DNA from: Prorocentrum cordatum
Lineage: Eukaryota
DNA: 64,000 bases
Assembly: GCA_963575745.1 (NCBI GenBank)
Contig: CAUYUJ010000059.1
Coordinates: 558,001 to 622,000 of the forward strand
Reading direction: 5' to 3'
Part shown: positions 48,400-63,329 of the stretch, piece after piece
Position numbering within the stretch: position 1 is the first letter of the stretch
How the letters are laid out: every line of letters starts with the position of its first letter
Made by a program: the position numbers and the translations under genes
The notes under the pieces: generated by a model
The model's input: the letters and a program-made list of their open reading frames with translations, nothing else
The model's database searches: none
What the model was told of the DNA's origin: nothing

Positions 48400-51300
48400 A
48401 ATTGTCAGTTCTCGGTTCTCTAGAAAGCGCCGCGACCGCCATTTGCCAGGCTTGCGATCGCCAGGTTTGGGGCCGATGTTGTTTTCACGAAACCACGTTT
48501 TACTAAAGGGGGTTTTGTCCATCCCCGACCAGGCCGCTTGTGCTCGGCGGAGCCCGTCATGCAGCGGAGCTGACTGTTCGAGGATGTGCTGGAGAGAATG
48601 GGCGAGGTGGTTGGTTCGCTGGTGCAGCGCGTTGATGCTAGCGATGAGGCCCAATTCACTCTCACCGTCAGGCTGCGCGAAGGTTTGCCTCCGGCCAGAC
48701 CGCTGGATACCCAAAGTGCCGTGCCTTGTGCCAGTGGTGGTGTTTGGCCGTTCGTTGCTCCCCGTACCCTGGCGGGAGGAGCAGATGTCTTGGTGGCGGT
48801 GGGGTCTGGCGATGGCGGTCTGGACCGGGGGATCGCGAGCCGTCTGGTCCCGCCCGTTGATGAGAAAATATTGGCGCACGTCTTGTAGGTCGGCGTGGTC
48901 GCTGCGTTCGTGGCCGCCGCTGCCGTTTTTCAGGGGGGCGCCGAGCCCGAGTGGGTCGAGTTCGCCTCCGTCGCGGCGTGCGAGCTGGCCCGACCACGGA
49001 TCGTGGAGGCGGTCGAAGTAGTGAGATTTTGGTGGACCGTTTGGGTGGTCGGGGCTGCCTGGCAAGCTCGGCGGTTCGTGCCTACCTTCGTCTCTGGCGA
49101 GAGGGTTGGGTTTCATCTTGCTGAGTTCAGCCCTAGAGCACCACGCTCGTCTGTCAGACAAGGGAGGCGCCTGGCGACGTCGATCATAAATGGTGACGGG
49201 CACGCAGTGGAGGACTGCAGCGGATTTATGTCGCCTTTTGGCAGCGTCGAGGAAGCCTTTTGGAAGGGCGCGCAGGCGTGCGCCGGCAGCGTCGAGTTCG
49301 TCGGCGTTGCGGTCGAAGGCCTCTGCAAGTGGCGTGATACGCACCTCGTCGACGCCTTGCTCACCCTCTCTTCGGTTGCACCGCCTGCACAGCGGGGATG
49401 GATCAGCCGAGATGGCGGCCTGGACTTGCCCCTGCCGAGCGCGACCACCAACGCCGAGGTAGATGGCGAGGGGGGCGAATTTCTGAGATGCGCGAGTGGC
49501 ATTACCTCCTGCGCGGTAGCCAAGACCTTGTTCGACGGCAGCGACGGCCCCTAGGTCGCGCCCTGCGGTCGGGATGCGCCGCTGGAACGACCCTCTCTGC
49601 GAAGCACGGAGCACGCGCGTGAACAACCTTGCAAGCAAGTGTTTCCACGACAGGGGGATGCCCGAGTCGTCGCACATCGCGCTGCAGATTGGCCAGCTCC
49701 TTTCGAACTGGGCAATGGCCTGCCACGCTCCACCGACTGGGCCCCCCCCTTGGAAGATCTGCGCGTGGCCTCGCAGCTCTGTAGCTATGGCGCCGAGACT
49801 GGCGTCTCCCCACACTAGCCTTCTGGGGCCGAGCAAAGCCCCGCTCTGTGCGATAGCACCCGGTTCACGGGCGCGCTCAGAAACGACGAGAGCGCGCAGG
49901 GCCCACTTTGAGATCCAGGACCCTCTCCTCGGCCTAACGGCCGCGAACTCGACGCTGTTTTCCGGTTATGGCCCCTTGGCCGGGCGCGCGAGCGCCGGCG
50001 CCGAGGGCGCGCGTGCCCGCCGCGAGGGGCCCAACAGAATGCGATCTCACTTCGGCGCCTTCGCGGAACCGCCCGACGCGCGGCAGTCAAGCGACAGCCC
50101 CTCGCACCCCGGGGTCGGCGGCGGCCTCGAGGTTCAGCGCGGCGCCGCCGCCGACAGGTCAACGCCGGCACGGCGCCCTATCAGCATCATCGAGCGGCGA
50201 GCTTGCAGCGGCCGCCCGCAGAGCTGAAGGGAAGCCACCTGGCGGCGGGGCTTTGCGCGCATGCCACTTTGCCACGGTGGATCTTGAGGCCAGAGAGCAC
50301 ATCAAAGGGGGAGGTCTCGTCGAGTGACGTTCGGGGCCCCACGGCCGCCGCGGGGGCCCAGGAGTCGCTGTCGTCGACGGGCGTTGAACTCAGCGCGCGA
50401 AGCACGCGCCAGCGCCGTCGCCTGGCCCACGCGCACGCGGCAAGCTCGACGTCGCCCACGGAGAGGGAGCTGCTTTGGAGGCGGCCGTTGGCGCGGGGCA
50501 GATGGCTGCGATGGGCCCCCGCCCATGCGGACGCATCTCCGGCGATTGATCTGCGCGGCGCCGGGCGGGCGCTCAGCCTGCTGCGCCAGGCCAAGGCAGA
50601 TGCCCGCAACGGGGCAGTCGAAACAACTGTGCCGGCCCAACGCTGCCCCAGGGGGAATTGGAAACGGCGCGCGCTCGACCGGGAGCGCCAGGGTCGGCCC
50701 GGCGCTTCCTATGTCAGCTCGCGGGACGACCCCGAAGCTAGCGGGGCGGGCCCAGCGAGCTCCCCAGGCAGCTAAGCCGCGGCAGCCTGGCGCTGCTCAG
50801 ATGCACAACCTGACAGATATGACGGAAGGCAGGCGCTGGTCAGTGAGTGGGGAGCTCGCCTCTTCACGTCCGTTTCCATTGGTGTGGAATTTGCAGGAGA
50901 GGCTCACGAACTCGACCCACGCGTCGCATGGCCCTCGGCGTTTTGGCGATAGCGCTGAGAACTCCGCCAGCGAGCGCTTTGATTCCTTCTGCGGCCCCCC
51001 CGCCCACGCCCCCGGCCGCGGCGATGGCGCGGGCGCGCATTCAGCGAACGAGAGCCTCGTCAGTCAAGGCGAACGGCTGGGCCCGCGCCGACTCCGGGAC
51101 CCCCCGGTGGCACCCCGCTTTGAAGTCTGCCCGCGCGGGGGGGGGCTTCTTCGGAGCGGGGCCGAGCGCTTCTGCATCTGCCCAGGATAGGCCCCGCATT
51201 TCCGCCGCGCGTCGGCCAGGATAGCGCTTTGGTTTGGCCCCGGCGGGGCGCGCTCGTCGGAGTCGCATTCGGCGGCCGACGCGGAGTCATTCGGGGCGGC

Positions 51301-52100
51301 GGCGGACGCGCCCCTGGAATGCGACAGCGCGTCAGCGCCGCCCCCGTCATCTGACGGGCAACTGCGCTTCGTTGCTTCGCCACCGTCAGCGCGCGGCGGC
51401 GCGCGCGGGGGCTCGCCGCGCAGGGCGCGAAGGTCGACAGCGTTGGACTTGCCAGCCGCTTTGACCCACTTGCTCGTCGCCCTGCCTGCGCCTTCGGCCC
51501 GCGCGCGCTTCCCAGGCGCTGGCGCGGTTGATTGCGTCGGCGCGGCAGCGCCTCGCAAGCTGGGCGCCGGCGGAGGCGATCACGCGGTCGGGTTGTTCGT
51601 CGGCGCGGTGTTCGTCGCTACCCCAGACGCGCGGGAACTCCGCCGGCCCGGCGACGCGGCGGCGTCTCGCAAGGGCGCGCGCCGCAGCCCTGGAGTTCTT
51701 GATCGGTGCCCAAAGGCCAGGATGGCACGTGCCACGCACGCCACGGCGCCCCAGGTGGGGCGCCACGCCCTTCTTGGCGGCCGCAGATCACAGCACTAGC
51801 TAGTCGAGGGCGATAGTGACCCCCCCGGCCGCTGCATGCTCAGGACGCACGAGCGGCGCGGCGCGGGCATATTGGAAACGCGGCTCTCTACGGCGCCTTG
51901 CGGGGCGTTCTATTTCGTCTTGCGGCGGGCACCTGCCGCGGAGTTCCGCGTAGAAGGCGCGCGCCGCTTGGATTGCCAGATCAAAGATCTCGTCGACGTT
52001 GCCATCGGCGTCTGCCTCGCCCATCCGCGCGGAATAGGCATACTCGATGCGGTCTCCCAAGCGCTGTTCATCCGGGTCCGTCGTTGGGTACGCCAGCGGT
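48400..52100 (-). mobile_element. Heavily decayed DIRS-like retroelement remnant (RT/RNase H)
   Basis: Collinear degenerate motifs on the - strand: LDCRASGG..DRI (~50040-50093), LGPRRLVWGDASLGAIA, VGG at the expected VDD position (49729-49737), GIPLSWK (~49642-49662), and an RNase H-like RLHDPWSGQLARRDGGELDP (~48952-49012). Recognition is from memory of the family; boundaries are uncertain. Confidence 0.45.
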
Positions 52101-52887
52101 CACGGCACCAACGCCTTCAGTTTCTTCGCAGGATGCCTGGGAGAGCGGGCATGAGAGAGAGCGAGGGAGACGGAGAGGGATAATCAAAGAGAGAGAGAGA
52201 GAGAAAAGGATAAGGAGAGGAAAAACGAGAGTGAGAGAGCCGAAGAGGTGAAGAAGTCGTATGCCAGATGATTGGGGAGCTGAGAAAGTTGAAAATGGGG
52301 AACCCTTTGAGCGCCGAAAAACTGTAATAGCTTAGAAGCTGAGAGGTTTGAACAGCTGCAAGGTTCAAACGCCAGCGGAAGGCTGAGAAATTTTGAAAGT
52401 TTATGAACACTTCCTGGTCATTGGAAAGCTGGGGAAGGGGGGGAATGCTGTGGGATCGGAGAGCTGGAAAGTTTTTGACCTCCGAAATCGAGGATGTTGC
52501 AAATCCATGTTGTTAGAAAAGCTGGAAGCCACAAGCTGGAGAGCTGGGAGAGATGAAGTTGGGAGGGAACGCTGGGGAAGGGCTGGAAAGCTCAACCTTG
52601 GCAGTTGAGAAAGCTGGAGGGCAAAACTAGAGTTGGAAAACGAAAGCGGCACCGCAAGCGAAAGCCCGAGCTGAAGAGTTGGGGAACATGTAAATCCCCC
52701 AAGAAAAACGGATGGATGACCTTGAAGGATGCTGGAGAGTTTACTCGGTGGAAAGCCCGGACACCTGGGAGCAGCCAGGAGGCCGAGTGAGACAGCTTGG
52801 GGGGGCACAGGAAAGAAAAGGGGAGCCGGAAGGAGTGGAGAGTTGGGGGATATGATAGATTTGTAGATCTTTAATTTCATACACAAA

Positions 52888-54550
<1,663 letters not shown>

Positions 54551-54839
54551 TTATATATATAACATATATAAAGATAGAGTGCATGCGTGTGTGTAAACAT
54601 CAGAAGGGAGAAATAGACACAGCGAGAGAGAGCGCCGCAAAGTTGGTTCAGGGGTCGCTAACTATACACCCGTATCCATCCTGACCAGGCCCGCCCGGGG
54701 CACGGGATCGGCGCATGCTTGGCCGGGAGGGCGGTGCGGGTGCACGGCTGGCCCGGGGTGAGCATGGCTCACAGGCACGGGGTGGGCTTGGGACAGGCCA
54801 GGGCCGGTGTGGGTGAATAGGTGGCGCCTTCAGACCTGG

Positions 54840-55130
54840 GCCTCGAGCGTCGAGGATCGAGGGTGCAGGATCGACGGAGGATCGAGGATCGTCGAGCTTC
54901 GAGGGTCAAAGGCTCGAGGGTGGAGGGTCGAGGGGTCGAGAGAGGGTCGAGGGAAGGGAGGGAGCGGAGGTCGAGGGCTCGAGGGAGGATCGAAGGAGGC
55001 TCGAGGGAAGGAGGGTCGAGGGATCGAGAATCGAGGGAGGGGGGTCGAGGGTCGGGTGGCCCCGGCGGCCGGAACCAACGGCACCATGACGCGCTGGGGG
55101 GGCGGGATCGGTGATCGAGGATCGGAGGAG
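54840..55130. repeat. (GAGG(G/A)TC)n degenerate minisatellite
   Basis: TCGAGG motifs repeated at about 7-9 bp spacing. Confidence 0.75.
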
Positions 55131-56249
55131 CGCAGCGCGGGCTCCGCGCGGTGCCGCCAGCAAGCGGTGCCGCCGTGCCGCTCGCTGCGGTGCTGGGGTG
55201 GCGCGCCGCGCGCCGGAGTCGAGAAATCTCGACCTCTGTCGGATTGCTTCTGCTGCCTGCTCGGGGGGTCGCAGAGGGGGGCTGGTCCAAGGTGGGGTTC
55301 CGCGGGGGGAGGGAGGACGAACCCAGCTGGAGGCTCATGCGTCCTTCTTCCAGGGGCCGTCCAGCGCGAGTTTTCTTCCGGCCCGTGCTCTGGCCCTACA
55401 CCCCTCTCGGGGGAGCGTAAGACCCGGGTTTGCCAGGACTCGGGTTCGCCATCGTTTTTTGACGACCGCGACTCGGATTTTGACGAGGAGGAGTTTTGTG
55501 GGATGTCTGCAGCGGGAGGCCTCGTCAAAATGCAGGCTCGGCCTCGTCATTTTTTTGACGACCTCGTCGGGGATTTCCAAGTCCCCCGTACCCGAGTCTT
55601 ACGTCTCCCCGACCCTCTACGACCCCCCGTGGCCAGTCCGGTCGCGCGTTGGCTGGGGCTGTTGTTGTATGCCGTGAGCGGTTTGTTAAGGAGTTCCAAC
55701 ATATCCTCGTTTTTCTGCTTCGCGTCATCCTATTCCCCTCCTCTGCTGTTCCATCTCCTCCCTTTTTCCCTCTTCCTCCTCGTCCTCGTTTCTAGCGTTC
55801 CCGCTCCATTTCATCATCATCCTCACCCTCATGCGGAGGTGGTGTCGGCGTGGCATGCGTAGCCCGAAACTGAACAAGCCCCCAGGCCTGTGCGCGACTC
55901 CCCTGCGCCAGATCGACCACGCATTGTTTCTGTTTGGGGGCCTGATTTCGGCGGCTCTTTCTCTCCTGCTTGGCACAGGAGGTTGAGGAAGAAAAGTCTT
56001 CGGCACGTTTCCTGTCGAGAGTGATTGCGGCACGAGATATTGAAACAGCATCACGGCTCGTCTGCCATGGGTAGTGGCGGTGACGTGTCTTCGAGGAAGA
56101 CGTCCGCGACCCCAGTCAAGAAGGACCCCGATGGGACACGCGACCCACCTTGGGCGCGCGTGGCGACGAGGCAATTCGGGTTTGACAAGAGCTTCGCATG
56201 ATACTCTGATTGTTTTCAGTATGGGGGGGATCGCAGTGGCAATCCAGAC

Positions 56250-57065
56250 CATTCGTCCGCGGCAAGACCCAGGGACCCTTCCAACAGCAGACTTCGAAAA
56301 CGAACACCTTCACAGCCCCGAGGAGATCGGACCACAGGGTACAGAAGCCAGTCTTGCCAATGATGCGGTGGCCTGAGCCACAAGGGCTCTTGGGGCACTC
56401 AAGAAGTTTGGTTTGGAAGATTCTTCGGTTCTCATCAAGCCGGCCAACGCTGATATTGCAGAGGCAGAGTCAAAGGAAACGGCGACGAGGTCACCGGACG
56501 ACCTCATCAGGCGCGCGCTCGACTGACAGACCACCAAGCGGAGAAAGGTTGATAAATTGTACACTACAGCTACCGAGCTGAAGGAGGCGAGCGGAGGAAG
56601 AGTTGGTGCGCATACAAGCTGAAGTTCAACTGACCAGGACAGTTGTGCTGGCAACGACGGGATGCAATAGAGGAGCCTCACCGCCCGAGTTGCAGGCAGC
56701 GTTGGGAAGGTTCCATCCTATTGCTCGTGGTGTACCAGCGGTTTTGGACCACGCGGCGACGGTGGAGTTTCATACAACGCACTTTCAGCTGGCGGTCGTC
56801 GCAATATGCTCGGCGTCGGCATCCTCAGCTACGGACGTGCAAGAGGCAGGTTCTGTCCTTCCGACGCCAACGCCACATGCACCAGTGCCATCGCCAGCAC
56901 CAGCACAGCAGACGCCACAGGGAGTTCCAGCACCCAGCACACCCGTGCAGCGCACGCCTGCCCCTAGTACGCCAGCGGCAGTACTTGGACGTTCACATGG
57001 CATCCCGCCGGGGGTCTACACTTCGACTGAGATGATCACATGGGAAATGACTTTGATACGTGAGA
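56250..57065 (+). pseudogene. Decayed coding-like region, possibly a retroelement ORF1 remnant
   Basis: LGALKKFGLEDSSVLIKPANADIAEAESKETATRSPDDLIRRALD* and a following frame with a P/T/A-rich linker. Contains stops and a frameshift. Confidence 0.25.
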
Positions 57066-57147
57066 CGTGGATTGAAGGTGTATATGTGGGTTCGGGCGCT
57101 CGCATCAGAGCACTGTGGTCTGTGGCGGCGGTCTCTGACGGCGGGCG

Positions 57148-57963
57148 CGCGCCAGCCCTGCAGTCCGGGCCGCCGTGCTTTCGGAGACCCTGCCCGGCTC
57201 CTCCGGCTTCTTGACGGCCATGCCCAGCAAGGCCATGAAGCTTAGCATGGAGCCCGCCGAATTCCGCACGGAGCTGCAATGCCGCCTGGCTGCGGAGATC
57301 TTCCAGGAGGAAGACTTCTGCCCGCTGTGCGATAGCGTTCTGGACGCGCACGGGTTCCACGCCTCGGTGTGCACCTGTGGCGGGGACAAGACCGCCGCCC
57401 ACCACGCGGCCCGGGGCCAGACCTACTTCCACGCTGCAGCCGCGGGCTGCCGGCCAGACCTGGAGCGCGGCAACCTCCTCCCACCCCGCCCGGACGAGGC
57501 CGCCGACCAGGGGTTGCGCCGGCCAGCGGACGTGTTCTTGCCTGCTTGGCGCGGCGGGTCCGCAGCAGCAGTGGACTTGGCGATCACGTCGCCCCAGCGG
57601 CAGGCCGCCCTGCAGCTGGCGAGCGAAGTCGCCGGGTCGGCCGCGCAGCTCTACGAGGACTACAAGCGGTCCTTCCTGAACACGGAGGCCCTCTGCGCCC
57701 AGCAAGGGATCGCCTTCGTGCCGATGGTCGCCGAGCGCTCCGGTGGTTGGGGCGCCTCAGGTTTCCAGGTGCTCAAGCAGCTCGCACGCAAAGCTGAGGC
57801 CAGAGATGGCAAGGCGGCGAGCCTGCACGTGCAGGAGTACTTGGAAGGCCTCTGCGTCGCCATCCGGCGGGCCAACGCCCGGGCGATTCTGAAGCGCGCC
57901 CCAGGCGCCGCCGCGGCCGCGCCCGGCGCCGCCGATGCGGCCAGGGCCATACTTCAGCCGTAG
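57148..57963 (+). mobile_element. 5'-truncated CRE-like non-LTR retrotransposon: C-terminal CCHC zinc knuckle plus restriction-like endonuclease
   Basis: Open frame with GSSGFLTAMPS, CPLC-x8-H-x3-C (CPLCDSVLDAHGFHASVC), HH, RRPADVF...VDLAITSP...YEDYK and FVPMVAERSGGWG, the motif order typical of CRE-clade RLE ends. No RT domain upstream (in-frame stop at 57136). Confidence 0.88.
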
Positions 57964-58499
57964 CTGAGCAAGACATCGGTTCCCTTTGCCCTGCTTTCGT
58001 TTCCTCCTCCTCCTCTTCCTCCTCCTCCTAAGTTTTAATTGCATTTGCGGTGCATCCCCGGCGCCCTCCGGAGGAGGGGACCGGCTCGGGTGTCCAGCGC
58101 GAGGTGGCTCCACTGTCGCCACCGCCCGCTGCGCTTCCGGGGGCCCCCCCCGCCGCCCGCCCGCTGGCCTTGTGGGCCCCGCCTTCCTTGCCCTGCCTTG
58201 CCTCGTCTTGGGCTCTCGGCTCCTCTCCTCTTCCCCCTCCCTCTCCGTGCCTTCCCCTTCCCCTTGTGCCTCCTTGCCCTTGTGTGGCGTGCTCTCCCCT
58301 CCCCCTCTCTCTCTCCCCGTCTGGCTTCCCCTCCCTGTCTCCCCGTCCCTCCGTCCCTCCGTCTGTCGGCCCGGTCTGTCCTTTCCCGTCGCCCTCCCTC
58401 CCTCTCCCTCCCCTGCTCGCTCCTCGGCTCCTCGCTCCCCGGCCCGTTTCTGTCCCTTGCCTGGCCCGCTTTTCTGTGTCGGCCCGTCCCGTGGTCCGA

Positions 58500-61400
58500 A
58501 TTAGAGTTGCCGCGGCCCGCACTGCCGCGCAGGCGAATAGCCGGCGCAGGTTGTTCCCCCCGAGTCGTTTGGTTGACGATATTGTTGTATTTTCTTGGCC
58601 CATCTCCGACCCCATCAGTAGTAGGCGACAGGCGCCTGATATTTCTTCATAACTTATTCCCAGATCCACCGAGGCGTTCCAGGCGAAAACCAATCAATTA
58701 CTCAAGTTGCATTGCTAATGGGTGGCAGCGTCCTCGGATTTCCCAGATGAGGGAAAGACCTACCTCGACAGCCTGCTGAATGTACGAGATCGCATGATCG
58801 TTCTCTCGCGGCGCGTGTCACTCTACACTCATGCTGGGCCTGGGGAGCGGCTTCTTCGCGGGCTCGATCTGCCCAGAGGAAAGGGGTAGACATCACCCAC
58901 TGTTATGTTCACAGGTTGGTAACTTGGCCATGCGCTCATCTACAGCAGAGCACCATACATCACCGGCTGAGATCGGAAAGCGCCCCCCACGGCATTGCGT
59001 GAGTCCGATTGCGTCGGCAAGGTAGATGACCACATAATCGTCGGCCCCGAGGGCCCACGCCGCGCGGCAAAGACTAGCGCCCGCACGTTCATCGACGATC
59101 GGTTGGCCAGCGATCCTATTTCGGCAGCGCCAGGGAAGCCGCGTAGGGTTCATGACATTGCGCCACGTCTGCACTATCCGATGGCGGTAGAAGTTGGAGC
59201 GAAGCCTCATGCCCACGCTGTCTAGAAGCGCGGCGTCCTAAAGCTTCTCCAGCGAAGCGTCAGAGGCTTCTACGTCTGAATTACGAAGGCGCTTTGGACG
59301 ACGATGGCCTCGCGCCGCGGGGGGGTCCACAGTTCTCCCGGGCTGGTTTGGCGGTCGCAGACGCACCCAGAGGCCCTGGGAGAGCGCGCCCCATCAGCCT
59401 CGGCTGGACGCCATATGCGAGAAGGCGTTTCATGGAGTGGAACGGGAGCTGGCGACACTTTTCCACTTCGGCCGAGGAGACAAGGACTAGGGCAGAGGCA
59501 ACGAAACCGAATCTCACGATCGGCGGCACGAGGCGCTCTGTCACGCAGAAGGCCAGCAGGCACATCGACGCGGGGGGCATTGCGGCAATTCCAACATCGC
59601 ACATAAGACCTGGGGCGCGTGATTGGCAAGTCTGGCGGCATGTCCCAAGCGAGACGCCACGTGGCTTGGAGCCCCAGTCAAGAGTTGGCGCCTGGCAGAG
59701 GACGGATGCATCGGCGAGCGGGTTGTCCCCTCATTGAATTGGGCATGACTGTTTCGTCGCAGTTGCCGCGCGCATTCGCTCGACCTGGACAGCCCCGCGC
59801 TGCGACGCCGCGGGGCCCCGCCTCCAACTCGGCCAACTTCGCGCCCAAGGACGAACGGGGGCGCGGCAGAAGCAGAGGCAGGTCTTCATCACATGGCTGA
59901 GGGATTGTCTCGGGCGTCGCCCTAAGCCCGTTCACGCCCGGGCCAAGCCCCGGGCCCGGCGATTCTCACAGGCGGGCGCGTCTCTTGGGCCATCGCCTCA
60001 GGCCTCGGACGTCTCAGGGGCCCCGAAGGGCTTCTGGGCCGACGCCCCGGAGGAGGGTTCTGACCCGCGCACCTTGGGCGACCTCAGAAGCGACCTAAAC
60101 CGATTTAGAGAGCAACTCCGAGTCGCCGCCATCCGAAGACCCCCAAAAGATCGCCTCCCAGGACGGCCGTCGGCGCGGACGTACTTCGACCGCAACGTTC
60201 GTCGTTCGCGAGCAACGGGGCGCTCGCCACCTTCGGAAACACGTTTGATCTCCGGGAACAATGGGCTCTCTGGCCGAGCGTCGCGACGCGGATTCACGCG
60301 GCCGTTTCGGGCAGGACGTCCGGGGGGGACAGGCCGATTGCCTCGCTGGCCTCACTCCGCAGAGCCCGGGCCAAATCGCGCGTCGAACTCGCCTGGGCCA
60401 GAGCTTCCAAGCCGGGCGGGCTTCCGCCGGCTTCGGGCGGGGAGGCGCACGACGGACATCGCCGCGCGCGCCCTGCTACAGGGCGAACTTCAATCTCAGG
60501 CCCCCGGTCGAATCTAGGGAGACGAATCTGTTTGCACTTCATCGTCGACATCGAGATGCGTTTGGATCGAGCGGTCTGGTATCGCATCGCGCTGGCCGGC
60601 ATTCAACGCGGTTCCCCTTGGCTTTGTTTGTCTAGCGCTCAGGATGCACGGCGCCAGTTGGACGCCAAGCTGGGCCGGTGCGTTCGCGGCCCCCGCCCGG
60701 GCGTCCAGGGGCGTCTTGCTTGGACGCGGCTTCGCCGCGTTCACGCTGTAGCTAGCGATACCTAGCGACGCTCACTGGCGGACAGAGCCGACCCAAGTAG
60801 AACGCGTGCGCCGACAATTCGACCATTCAAATCGACACACCATCAAGGGCCATTGATCATCAGTCGCGCAAGTGCCTCGGCGGAGTCAACGGCGCGCTCG
60901 GCGACATGGAGCTCAACCCTGGCAGGCGAGAGACGACGGTCTGCAGCTCCAGGCTCTGGCCCACCAAGGAAGCGCGCCGCCGCGCGCGACGCCTCGGGCA
61001 CCGCGCAGCGTCAGCCTTGGAAGTTTTGGGAGTCGATGCGGCCTCGGGCAGGCCAGCGCGGCGCAGGGGGCTCAGACCTCGGATCGACAAGATCAGAACT
61101 CGACACGCGCGGCGTCGTCGTCTGCATCGGGCGGGGCCTCCCCCAGGAATTTCCGTTCAGCAATCAGCCCCCCCGGCCATCGCGCACGGGGCGGGAGCGC
61201 GCGGCGCCCCCCCCCCGCCCCCCGCCACTTTACGAGGCGCACGGCGATTGGAGGCCTGCGCGAGCCGGGGGAGCAAGCGTCGGCGCAGAGCCCCACGCCT
61301 CCTCGCGCAGGAGGCCCCTTTGATCTTCAAATCTCAGCGCGGGCGGGCTCGATCTATCAGCGGCCGCCGCTGCGCTGGGACCTTCGCGTGCACGACGCCC

Positions 61401-61983
61401 TGCGGGCTGCCCGGCTATCTCAGATCACGGCCCCGCGCCAGAACAGGAGGCCGCGGGGAAGGGCGGCAGGGCCCCCAGGGGCCATGTCCCTGGCCATTCG
61501 GGACCTGGGCTGGCAACCGCCACCGGCACTCAAATAACTGACCGACCACCGGGGCGCCTTGGACTTCAGGTTTAGCCCACCTCTTGCCGTTCGAGGCCTT
61601 GCTCGTGAAGCGGGGACTCGGGTGCCCTGGAGCGGGTGGGGGACCGGGCCCGACAGGGGCGGTTGCTCTCCGACGGGCCCGAGGGACACCCAGGGTCACT
61701 GGCTGGAACCCATCATGCCTGCCTTGGGGGGCGCCACGGAGAATGGGAGACCCTGACAAGCTTTATCTTCTCAACGAGCAGCAGGCTTGGAGCTCAAGTT
61801 GCAGGGGGACTGGCATCCTGCTCGTCGCGCGCATTGCGGTTATCAGGAGTCGGGGGATTGCGCAGGTTGCGAGGAGCATCGAGGCGATCTGCCCCACGCA
61901 CCACTGGCACGCTCGTCGACAGGAGACGGGCGAACGCAGGTTTTCGGCACACAGCTCGATCAGGACGACCCCCCCGCGGTCTC

Positions 61984-62032
<49 letters not shown>

Positions 62033-63280
62033 CCATGGCGCCGAGGTCTCCTGAGTAAGTTTGCTCTTCCAGACCTGCTCAGGACAGGCTACTCAGGATC
62101 TCGGCGCGCGTCACATGGGGACGCCTCCTACGCGATGGAGGAGGCGTTCTCGGACGGAGCGCGCCGCAAACGCGCCCGCTGGCCAGATGGCGCGCGCGCT
62201 GGACGGGGGGTCCGCCAGGTGAGCCAGCACCGCGTCGATGTTCTAAGCGTTGGCGCCTATCCAGAACCCATACACACAAACGCTGCCCAGGGCTGAACTG
62301 CACGCGGCGGCCCAGATCACGAGGGTCGCGCCGTTGCCAGTCACCACTTCGACTTACCAAGTAGACCTCCCACAGGGCCGCCCAGTCTCTGTTTCGGGCG
62401 ACCGAGAATGCTCTTGTTTGGATGGCTCGCTCGGCCTACGCGGCCATCGCGCCAGCCCCCGGAGAAGTCCGTCAGCGGGAGCGCAGGAGAGCTCGAGCTA
62501 AGAAGGAAGCGGCGACGCCACCCTGTTTAACAATTTCTACCCGCACAAGGCGGGCTAGAGTCGGTGAGAGTTGGCTCAAGGAGGTCGGCGAGAGTTGGTT
62601 TAGGGAGATCGCGCCCATGGCCCCGAATGTCAGCCCGCGCGAAGCAAGCGCTATCTTGCTCGGCCGCCGCTTGCATCGTCGAGGCGAGCGCGGCCAAGAA
62701 GCATCACCGATCCACGCCTGTTCATTCGCATTCCGCGGCGCCCTCTTCAGCGCGCCCGCATCGCTCACTGCAGAAAGCGTCGCCTTAGGCGACGTGCCCC
62801 TTACGTATCACGCCAGATGTTGAACCGGCGTTCTGGCCGACGCAAGCGCATCTGCGTTGCGAGACACCTCCTTTTCCAGCCAGTTCGCCTAGCACACGCG
62901 CGCTCAGCGGCCTCTGAAAGAAAGAGAAGGCAGTCTGGAAATACCGCGGCGGCACGCTAAGCAAAAGCTCCCGCGTCGGCGACGCGGGCGCCCGATCTTC
63001 CCCACGCCAGCATCGCCGCTGCGTCGCCGACCCTCGCCGGTGCATCGACGGCGCGTCGTCGACGCATTGGCGGTGCATCGGCGACGCGGCGAAATCCTCC
63101 GACGCCATCTAATCCGACACCATTTCGGCGGCATGTACGAAACCAGGGCATTGCAAACCAGGGTTCTGAGAAGTCCAGCTGGACGGAGCGAAGGGCGGAG
63201 AAAGCGCCACCCCGCGGCCGCAGTTTCCTCGGGCACGCCAGCGCCTTGCATCACAAAGCAACCATTGTGGCCCTGAAGTC
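58500..63280 (-). mobile_element. Heavily decayed Ty1/Copia-like pol remnant (INT-RT-RNase H order)
   Basis: Degenerate motifs in Copia order on the - strand: IVKQGGVAASFLARA (~62487-62535, integrase N-terminal-like), VDVPAGLLRD..REI (~59510-59570, DVxTAFLQG-like), MKRLLAYGVQPRL (~59395-59433, LxKxxYGLxxAPR-like), AARERSCDL (~58785-58812, RPDL-like), VFAWNAS..SGAC..NLRRL (58520-58693, RNase H start). No LTRs found. Confidence 0.5.
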
Positions 63281-63329
63281 GACGGGGGCGGCGGCGCCGC
63301 CGCGGCGCGGCGCCCGCTCAGGCCGACTC

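Noticed and set aside
62571..62580. TTGGCTCAAG (and GCCATTTTGGC at 33569-33579) as spliced-leader sequence
   Set aside because: Only 10-11 nt of the 22-nt leader, each inside a repeat or retroelement remnant; consistent with chance.
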